Positions 54,715 through 64,000 of a DNA stretch of 64,000 nucleotides are shown here, one piece after another; the first letter of the stretch is position 1, and every line of letters starts with the position of its first letter. The notes under the pieces are model-generated. The model had not been told where the DNA came from and made no database searches. It saw only the letters and a program-made list of their open reading frames with translations. A program made the translations under genes and the position numbers. Origin of the DNA: Haliotis rufescens (lineage: Eukaryota); the NCBI RefSeq assembly GCF_023055435.1, contig NW_025964334.1, positions 48,980,001 through 49,044,000 on the forward strand, written 5' to 3'.

Positions 54715-54963
54715 TGTACCCGTGAAGATTCCGGGGTAGAGTAGGTCTTCAGCAACCCATGCTTGCCGTAAAAGGTGACTATGTTTGTCTGGATCGGGTG
54801 GTCAGGCTCGCTGACTTGGTTGATGCATGTCATCGATCCCAATTGTGTGGATCGATGCTCATGATATTAACCACTAGATTGTCTGGTCCAGACTTGATTA
54901 TTTACAGACCGCCGTCATATAGCTGGAATATTGCTGAGTGCGGCAATAACAACAAACAAACAA
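54715..54963 (+). mobile_element. SINE-like family C, full length
   Basis: acccgtgaagattccggggtagagtaggtcttcagcaacccatgcttg ... (AAAC)n; TSD aa(c/t)atcaagaa. Confidence 0.92.
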
Positions 54964-55488
54964 AATATCAAGAACAGGTTTCACACATTGTTTGTTTGTT
55001 GTTTAACGTTGCATTCAATAATATTCCTGCTATATGACAGCGGTCTCTAAGTACTGGGCTATTCAAGCCCCTCCTTAATCCTTAATTATCTATTAAGTAG
55101 TTGTCTTACAGTGGTTATTAATTGGGTACTCTGTTCCCTAGATGCAATGTTTTCATGGTTGAAAGGACGATTCCGTGGTCTGTACTTGACAATATCGTGA
55201 ATGTTTACGCTGCACGAGCATTCTATCGGCTGTGCGTCGTGATCTCAACTACAGATAGGTATCACTCTCTTCCTAATGATTGAATCAGGATTGAGGCAAA
55301 TTGTGGATGATCTATAGGGCTGAGTTTGTGTTACGATGCGATTTCAGCTGACTTTTGCTCTTACTGCGTGAGTCAGGTATGACTTGTCTCCCTTGGCTGA
55401 CTAAAGGTGAAATTGTGTTTTAATGATTGTGTTTTCGACCATTATTAATACTATGTCTATGATACGAGAGCAGAATAGGTTACCACTC

Positions 55489-56830
55489 ACTGTGGGGGTT
55501 CTGGGCAGATAAGGTTCCCTGTATCTGAATCTGGTCTTCCTGTGGGGATTCTGGGCAGATAAGGTTCCCTGTATCCTAATCTGGTCTCCCTGTGGGGATT
55601 CTGTGGCAGAAAAGGTTCCCTGTATCCTAATCTGGTCTCCCTGTGGGGATTCTGTGGCAGATAAGGTGCCCTGTATCCTGAGCTGGTTTCCCTGTGGGGA
55701 TTCTGGAGCAGATAAGGTTCCCTGTGTCCTAATCTGGTCTCCCTGTGGGGATTCTGGGCAGATAAGGTTCCCTGTATCCTGAGCTGGTTTCCCTGTGGGG
55801 ATTCTGTGGCAGATAAGGTTCCCTGTATCCTAATTTGGTCTCCCTCTGGGGATTCTGGGCAGATAAGGTTCCCTGTATCCTAAGCTGGTCTCCCTGTGGG
55901 GATTCTGGGCAAATAAAGTTCCCTGTATCCTGAGCTGGTTTCCCTGTGGGGATTCTGGAGCAGATAAGATTCCCTGTATCCTGAGCTGGTCTCCCTGTGG
56001 GGATTCTGGGCAAATAAAGTTCCCTGTATCCTGAGCTGATCTCCCTGTGGGGATTCTGGGCAGATAAGGTTCCCTGTATCCTGAGCTGGTCTCCCTGTGG
56101 GGATTCTGGGCAGATAAGGTTCCCTGTATCCTAATCTGGTTTCCCTGTGGGGATTCTGTGGCAGATAAGGTTCTCTGAATCCTAATCTGGTCTTCCTGTG
56201 GGGATTCTGTGGCAGATAAGGTTCCCTGTATCCTAATCTGGTCTCCCTGTGGGGATTCTGTGGCAGTTAAGGTTTTCTGAATCCTAATCTGGTCTCCCTG
56301 TGGGGATTCTGGAGCAGATAAGGTTCCGTGTATCCTAAGCTGGTTTCCCTATGGGGATTCAGGGGCAGATAGGGTCCCCTGTATCCTGAGCTGGTCTCCC
56401 TGTGGGGATTCTGGGCAGATAAGGTTCCCTGAATCCTAATCTGGTCTCCCTGTGGGGATTCTGGAGCAGATAAGGTTCCGTGTATCCTAAGCTGGTTTCC
56501 CTGTGGGGATTCAGGGGCAGATAGGGTCCCCTGTATTCTGAGCTGGTTTCCCTGTGGGATTCTGGGGCAGATAAGGCCTCCTGTGGCCACCCCATTGGCA
56601 TTCCGAGTTAGAAAAGGTCTCCAACAATGTGTGGTGGTCTCCCCATGGGGATTCCAGTTTAGAAAAGGTCTCCAGCTACGAATGCTGGTCTCCCTGTGGA
56701 GATTCTGCTTAAGAACAGGTCCCTTGCAACCTATGCTGGTCTCCTGTCAAGGATTCCAGGCTAGAACAGGCCCCTAGCAACCTCGCTTGTGATAGGAACA
56801 GACAAAATGAAAGGGTGGTCAGGTTCTTGA
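55489..56830 (+). repeat. Satellite, 50-52-bp unit, ~25 copies, derived from the family C head
   Basis: Unit ccctgtggggattctgggcagataaggttccctgtatcct(aat/gag)ctggtct; the last copies run into gggtggtcagg of the element body. Confidence 0.95.
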
Positions 56831-59800
56831 ACCCTGTAGTTTTGACAGTGAAAAAGACCTCTGACCTTCACCCAAGAGGACATCAGATGGTGGCTCACAA
56901 GGGTAACAAGCCTATATGAAAACTTGCCAAAATCGATCAATAAAGCAATTTCTAATAGGCAATCAAACAAGTATGTTACTGGATTGAACTTACGTTGTTT
57001 GTTTGGATGTGGCGAGTACAAAGAGTTAAAATGAGGGAGTACTTCGAGTGCAGAGTGTGAAGCTAAAACTTATCAGAAAACAATTTTCTTTAAGATCCTT
57101 CAGACGAAAATTCCAAATTAAGAGCGTAATAAGGCAACAATATCAAGGAAGCTGTGTGAAATAATGACTGTTGACTTGTATGAAGATGAATCTCTCCGTG
57201 CGGGACAAAAACGCGTCAATATATAGATCATAATATTGTATCAAGCGGACCTAAACCAAACCCTACTCATTGGTCTCTCAAGCGTTTAATCTGTTTTGAG
57301 ATAATAAAAGATTTGTAAAGATTCTTTGATAAAAGCATGAAAGTTATTAATTGCATCTTGCTCATTTTATAGATACAAATTACTGACTGAGGACTCATCG
57401 CAATGTAAGATTGTTTGTGGCTCTAGTTAAGCCCAGAGGTCCAGTTCAGAGATGGCGAAGTGAAAAATCTATAATAAACTATAATAGGTGTCATGCCATT
57501 GGTTTGATATTTCTCACAAGTTGACACAATTCCTATAAATCTTTTGCACGCTCGATCTCACCGCTCAAAGACAAATTCGGCCATGGGAAGAAAATTGAAC
57601 AAAAATCTTTGGTTCTGTTGGCATCTATTATCTGTAATAATTTGGAGTTGGGGAAATTTTGGGCCAAATTGATCTGAAGTTGATGAACACTATGACAAGG
57701 GATGCATTTGGGCTGGATTTAGCATTGTGGTTGATTGATTTTTGCAGTAATAATGCACATTTGCATCAGAGCTTTGGGAGAAAAAGATAAATCAATAGCC
57801 CTTTTTCTTTCATTGTTGGACTGTATTTCACCCCAGCGTAACCCAGGGGCATGTATGGATTCCATCGTCCGCCCGCTCCGAGCTGCCAATACCCCTGCTG
57901 CAGACAATGGCCACTAATCTGTTATTATTCAGAGTGGATTAGAGCTTTCGTTCCTGTAGGTTTCACCATCGGTGGCAAAGATGCACCTATAATGGCTCAA
58001 GAAATCAATGCCCCTCTCTAGCATGTCAAGCGGCAATTCTTGCACATTCTGAAATTTCCATACCCGTCTAATTCCTGCGTCAGATGACAAAAAGCACTTG
58101 GTGTTTATGAAGTGCTTCTGTAGGTTTTAATTAACCACTCTGCTCCTTTCTGGCTTGCGCCATGCAATAAACCCACAGGGCTTTCACAGACAAATTCTCT
58201 GATTCTCAGGCCAAGCCTTATCTACTTTATTGTTTCCCGTATATGTAATTTATTAAAATCAACACAAATTACTTCAAGAAGAGCGAATTTTCCATTTGTT
58301 CGTGGATCATAACAGCTAAAAATAGCCCCAGAATTTTTGTCAACTTTGAGCAAGATCGTGGTCAAATTCGACCTTTTACTCGGCTGGCAAAGCTCTTAAG
58401 TGAACAGAGGCGACTATACTTCCATTCAGTGGCACTTATTACTGAAGCATTCAATTTTAATTGAACAGGTCACAATCAGAAGGAAACAAAGCCAGAGTGG
58501 CCGTGGGTACCAGGTTGTGCGAGCGTCTACTCCATGAGAACCTCTGCGGTGAGTTTTCTCTTTTATGATGGGGTTCATTTCCTTTCTATTGGAATCAATT
58601 GATGTCAAAACTTCACATGTCTTCACACTTAACAGATTTTTCTGGTCCTTGTGCTGTTACCATGGAAACCTGTCAAGCCCAGTCACCAGGAATTGCAACA
58701 AAATTAAAGAAAAGTTTTGCCATCTTTTTCTCAAATCAAGTTCAAAATCTTTGGTTCTTCTTGCGGAGAAAACAACATTTGTCCAATACAAAAAGAATCT
58801 GCTAGCCATTAAAACATTCATGGCTTATTAACTCGATCCTTTTAGCGAAGTTTACCATATTAGGAGGGATTAGGCTAGGGCACAAAGCAATAACCTGTGT
58901 ATTTTTCAATGCTTAAGGTTGTTATCGAGGGAACCCATTTTGATTAAGCAACTTGACTGGATGTCTTGACAGACATGGTATCCAGACCGTCTTAGCTTAT
59001 TTTGTTTGAAGCTATTGTCAACGTTCATTTGAGAATGATTTTAGTATTTCTTTGCGAGTGGACCTATGTTTCTCCGACAAATGGCTTTCAATTTAACATT
59101 TATCGTTTGCTGATGTTGCATGTAGGCTGACTTGCCGTTGATGAGCTCCATAGAGTTTTTTCGCGAAAACAAAATTTGTTGTTTCACGCTCAGATAAAAA
59201 CTCAATCTTGTGGTATAATGAGCCTTTGGGCTCTCTGTGATGGCATTTAGATTACTTAACTGACCATGATTTTCTTGGTCCGCCATTAGTGGATTTTGAT
59301 TGTCACATGACAAGTTGAAAGAATACATATCCGGTATTCAAATCCATTCTAAATAATAATTGCAACCGAAGAAGCCCAATGTTGAAAGACATTTCGTCAA
59401 ATCAAAGAGTGCGCACATTTAACTTTTATGTCAGGTCTCGAAAAGGGAACCTATGTGTCCTTATTTGGACACTGTTAGAGTTCTTTATTCATTCTCTGGA
59501 TCTTTATCTGGATCTAGATGTTCGAGAAGGCATCTTTAAATGCAAAAATCAATAACGAACAGATCATAATTTTACATTACAGATGATTGTATGGTTGTTT
59601 CAAGATTTTTCTGAAATGAGAACTCAAATTGTTTAATTTCTCAAGAGGAATGAGTTTTGGAGTTTTGTGCAAGTTTTATTCAGCATATTGTCATATTATT
59701 TAAAATAGTGTTAACCCTGGTTTCCATGCCTGTTGGAAGGACAGTTAGAATTAGTTGCAGGTCAGTAGTTTGTTGTAATACATTCAGAAGTCAGCCATCT

Positions 59801-60557
59801 TGGATTTTATTTCAGCTTGATTCTTGTCCAACATGTTAAAACACAGTATTCAAAATAAAATGTGCTGTTTTGGTGTTAAAAACCAAATGACTTTGTTTAG
59901 TCAGCATTATTATACTTTACAAAGTTTAATATACTGTGATAAATAATTTTAGTAGAATTGATAATGTTCTTATTAGCAAGGTAATGTGACAAAATAGAAA
60001 CTGCTTTTTATTTCGAGTTTGTGTAAAATTATGTGATTAAATATAAACGATACAATACTCGTAAAGATACAAAACATTTTGTGAAGAACTGAATCTTCCC
60101 TAGAATAACACCATCAATTTGATCAAAACTTTTCAAACAATATTATAAATATGTGACATTCAGGTCTATGCAAAATGGATAATACACTTTGAAATGTTTA
60201 AAATTGTTATAGCAGTAAGACAGTGAAAATTTCATCACTTATTTCAGCTTCCAAAAAAATGCTGTTGTAATTCAACCTGTCTGGGTATGAGCATCAGAAT
60301 GGCATTATTGTCTTAACACACCTGTGTGTTGGTACGCTGTCATCAGACACAATCATAATCAAGACATTGAAATAGAAAAACGCAAGAAGGAATACCATTA
60401 CAAAAGATTACATAATCCTTCCTTCTGACAGTGCCTGTTGAGATATGTAATTTGATGTAAGTGTTCGTTGAGTTACCTGAATTGGCAACGACAGTCTACC
60501 TGACCTGTAAACCAGGAAGTCTCATATGTTTATTTTCTACAGACTCTCATAGTTTCA

Positions 60558-60845
60558 AGGACACCTTTAAAATAAGGAGAAAAATTAAAGATAAATATGA
60601 AATATGTATTTTACGCAGACTGTCATTGTTTCAAAGGCACCTTTATAATAAAGTGTCAAATTTAGGATAAATCTGAAATCTGAAATATTTATTTTATACA
60701 GATTGTCATTGTTCAAGGGCACCTTTATAAGAAAGAGTAAAATTTAAGATTAATCTGAAATATCAAATATTTATTTTTTACAGATTGTCATTGATTTAAG
60801 GGCACCTTTATAATAAGGTGTAGAATTGAAGAGAAATCTGAAAAA
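60558..60845. repeat. Degenerate ~82-bp tandem repeat, ~3.5 copies
   Basis: cagattgtcattg..ggcacctttataa at ~60616, 60699, 60781. Confidence 0.85.
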
Positions 60846-60999
60846 TGAAACAATTACACATTTATTTTATACATCACTTTTGTATCAGTTTTCCTAATCT
60901 AGATGCTTGCATGATATACAAAACAGCCCCGAAGTAACCTGTCCGAAATATGGTTAAACTTCTCTTGGTCAAGTATGAGACAGACCATTTGATATTCTT

Positions 61000-61285
61000 G
61001 TGGGGGGGGCACGGGTGGCCCCGTTGTCTAAGGTGCTGTGCAGAGTTGCGTCCCTTGGGCATGCCAGAAACCTATGGTTGTGGGTTCGAATCCCGGTTTG
61101 CCCCGATTATGTTTCTAGGTTTGTCAGCACCATACCTTTGCTCGTGGGTTTCACGTCTGGTTTCACGTCACGAGTGGTAAACGTCTGAGACCTGCATCAC
61201 TTCAGGCTTTCCTCCCACATTAAGCTGACACGCCGCGATATAACTGGAATACTGTTAAAAGCGGCGTTAAACCCAACTCACTCAC
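61000..61285 (+). mobile_element. tRNA-derived SINE (family D)
   Basis: A-box-like gtggccccgttgtctaagg, B box ggttcgaatccc, V-domain-like tttcctcccac, shared tail ctggaatactgttaaaagcggcgttaaac plus ACTC; TSD tattctt. Confidence 0.85.
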
Positions 61286-61414
61286 TATTCTTTCAGAGGT
61301 GGATTTGTATAAAAATCTCTTTCTTTTCATCAGGTTTTTCAAAAGAAGAAGTAATTGCTCACTGAGAAAAGTTCAGTATTCTGAATATTTTGTTGTCGAT
61401 CCTCATAAATCTGT

Positions 61415-61540
61415 GTTTGCTTGTCATGCCGGAGGTCCTGGTTTGATCCCCAACATAGGTACAATGTCACGTGTTCCCCCCTGTCATATTGCTGGAATAT
61501 TGCTTAGAAGGGCGTAAAATCATACTCACTTACCCACTCA
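61415..61540 (+). mobile_element. SINE family A, 5'-truncated
   Basis: 13-bp TSD ctcataaatctgt at 61402-61414 and 61541-61553. Confidence 0.85.
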
Positions 61541-61986
61541 CTCATAAATCTGTCAGAAAAAGCAGTTGTGTCTTGGAGAAGTGACATAAAAAATATTTAT
61601 GCCAATATATAAGAAGTAAGACCTACTCAAGAGATGAGGAAGTTCAAGTTTTTTGTACTGTCGGAATAAATGGTGAGACGCATCACACCTTCAAGCACGA
61701 GATTGATACTTAGTGGCTTGCTGGAGAAAAGGGAAAAAAACAAGCAAATTAAGTGACGGAGTTGTTTTTAGTTGGCAGTGAAATCCTCTCATAATAGGGT
61801 CTGATATGGGGAATATTGGTAATAATAAGGAACCATTCCATAAGCATTAGTGAGCAGACTTTAACATGATTGTAACAGTATATTATGGCCATGTGTATTT
61901 AAAGCCATAATAAGTCAATTATCATATTTTACCTGCCTACCTCACTACCAAACACTCCTTCTAGTATCCACCTGAAAACACCAAGA

Positions 61987-62900
61987 TAATCTGGACCAGA
62001 CAATTCAGTGATTGATATCATGAGTAGATATCCATGCAGTCTGGTGTGATATATGCATTTGAAGTCCCTGACCAACTGGTCCATTTGGTCGCCTCTGACG
62101 ACCAGCCTAGGTTTCTGGGGATCTATTCTTATCTAAAATCACTGCTAGGATTATGAGAACATCTCCTGATTCATTTGGTCGCCTTTTACAACCAGCCTAG
62201 GTTTCTTTGGATCTATTCTTACCTAAAATCACTGCTAGGATTGTGAGAGCATCTCCTGATTCATTTGGTCGCCTTTTACAACCAGCACAGGTTTCTTGGG
62301 ATCTATTCTAACCTAAAATCACTTCTAGGATTATGAGAGCTGGATCTATTCTGCTGGAGTTGTTCCCAGTGAGAACCCAGGCACTGTTGTAACAGGATCC
62401 TGTAGCCCAGTGAGTGAGTTGGGGTTAATGCCGCTTTTAACAGTAAAAAAACTAAAATCACTGCTAGGATTGTGAGAGCATCTCCTGATCCATTTGGTTG
62501 CCTTTAACGACCAGCACTGGTTTCTGGGGATCTATTCTAATCTTAAATCACTGCTAGGATTGTTAGAGCATCTCCAGATCCATTTGGTTGCCTTTAACGA
62601 CCAGCACAGGTTTCTGGGGATCTATTCTAACCTTAAATCACTGCTAGGATTGTGAGAGCATCTCCAGATCCATTTGGTTGCCTTTAACGACCAGCACTGG
62701 TTTCTGGGGATCTATTCTAACCTAAAATCACTGCTAGGATTGTGAGAGCATCTCCTGATCCATTTGGTTGCCTTTTACGACCAGCACAGGTTTCTGGGGA
62801 TCTATTCTAACCTAAAATCACGACTAGGACTGTGAGAGCATCTCCAGATCCATTTGGTTGCCTTTTACGACCAGCCTAGGTTGTTGGGGATCTATTCTGC
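61987..62900 (-). repeat. Family C body followed upstream by 90-bp tandem head copies (3 + 5)
   Basis: catttggt(c/t)gcc at 62082, 62172, 62262 and at 62491, 62581, 62671, 62761, 62851; body at 61987-62080. Confidence 0.92.
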
Positions 62901-63205
62901 TGGAATTGTTCCCAGGGAGAACCCAAGCACTGTTGAAACAGGATCCTGTACCCCAGTATTGGTCGGGCCCAAAACAGGGAAACCAGTGACTGATAGTGTG
63001 AGCATTGAACCACTCCACGGTGAAGGGTTGAGATATTGCTGATGCAGTGGTCTGTTTTAACTTGCTCATTCTGTTCAACAGATACCCTTGTTTGTGTGTT
63101 TAACAGGTCACAAATAAAGTCAGATGTTATAAATTTAACATGATGTATCAGTCTTTCAACAATTTCCATTATGAGAAAGTTTCCAAAATATCATTTTATA
63201 TTTTA

Positions 63206-63999
63206 TATATGCCTGAAAAAAAGGTTAAGGGTCACCCGGTTCTTTCATATTACTATGGTAAATCTGTCATGGACCACCCAATAATTTTCATATTACTATG
63301 GTTAATCTGTCATGGACCACCCAATAATTTTCATATTACTATGGTTAATCTGTCATGGACCACCCAATGATTTTCCTATTACTATAGTAAATCCGTCATG
63401 GACCACCCAATAATTTTCATATTACTATGGTTAATCTGTCATGGACCAACCAATGATTTTCATATTACTATGGTTAATCTGTCATGGACCACCCAATGAT
63501 TTTCCTATTACTATAGTAAATCTGTCATGGACCACCCAATAATTTTCATATTACTATGGTTAATCTGTCATGGACCACCCAATAATTTTCATATTACTAT
63601 GGTTTATCTGTCATGGACCACCCAATGATTTTCATATTACTATGGTTAATCTGTCATGGATCACCCAATAATTTTCATATTACTATGGTTAATCTGTCAT
63701 GGACCACCCAATAATTTTCATATTACTATGGTTAATCTGTCATGGACCACCCAATAATTTTCATATTTTATTCATGGTTAATCTGTCATGGCATTTACAA
63801 GTCAAAGAAATTTAGGGACCTCATTATTCTTTCATATTACTATAGTTAATTTGTCATGACAGATTAACTATAGTAATATGAAGGACCTTCTTTCATGGAA
63901 TAATTCTTCATATTAGTATAGTTAATGTTTCATGGCACGACAGATAAACTATAGTAATATGAAAAAGTCGGATGGTCCTTAACTTTTTTGAGTAGCATA
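63206..63999. mobile_element. Tc1-like palindromic MITE with an internal 43-bp satellite (~12 copies)
   Basis: Left end tatatgcctgaaaaaaaggttaagggtcacc, right end ggatggtccttaacttttttgagtagcata; unit ttttcatattactatggttaatctgtcatggaccacccaat(a/g)a. Confidence 0.85.
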
Positions 64000-64000
64000 T

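Overview
This is eukaryotic, AT-rich, repeat-dense genomic DNA, not prokaryotic: I found no operons, rRNA, true tRNA genes or CRISPR array. The repeat vocabulary (tRNA-derived and Meta-like SINEs with (ACTC)n or (AAAC)n tails, many MITEs) resembles a gastropod mollusc such as abalone, which is an inference. A CpG-rich promoter at about 3.1-3.25 kb (ETS and YY1 motifs) ends in a strong GTAAGT donor. The remaining ~60 kb reads like a very large, CpG-depleted 5' intronic region of an unidentified gene, with several candidate small exons. No protein-coding gene could be identified, and nearly all long ORFs in the track are artefacts of tandem repeats. Three signals stand out. (1) One SINE-like family starts, at TSD-defined ends, with a multi-hairpin head that lacks a Pol III A box and shows compensatory changes and loop-loop complementarity. 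(2) Three separate tandem arrays (48 kb, 55.5 kb, 62 kb) are amplified copies of that head, placed upstream of a single element body. (3) Two related Tc1-like palindromic MITEs have independently expanded the homologous arm into a satellite.
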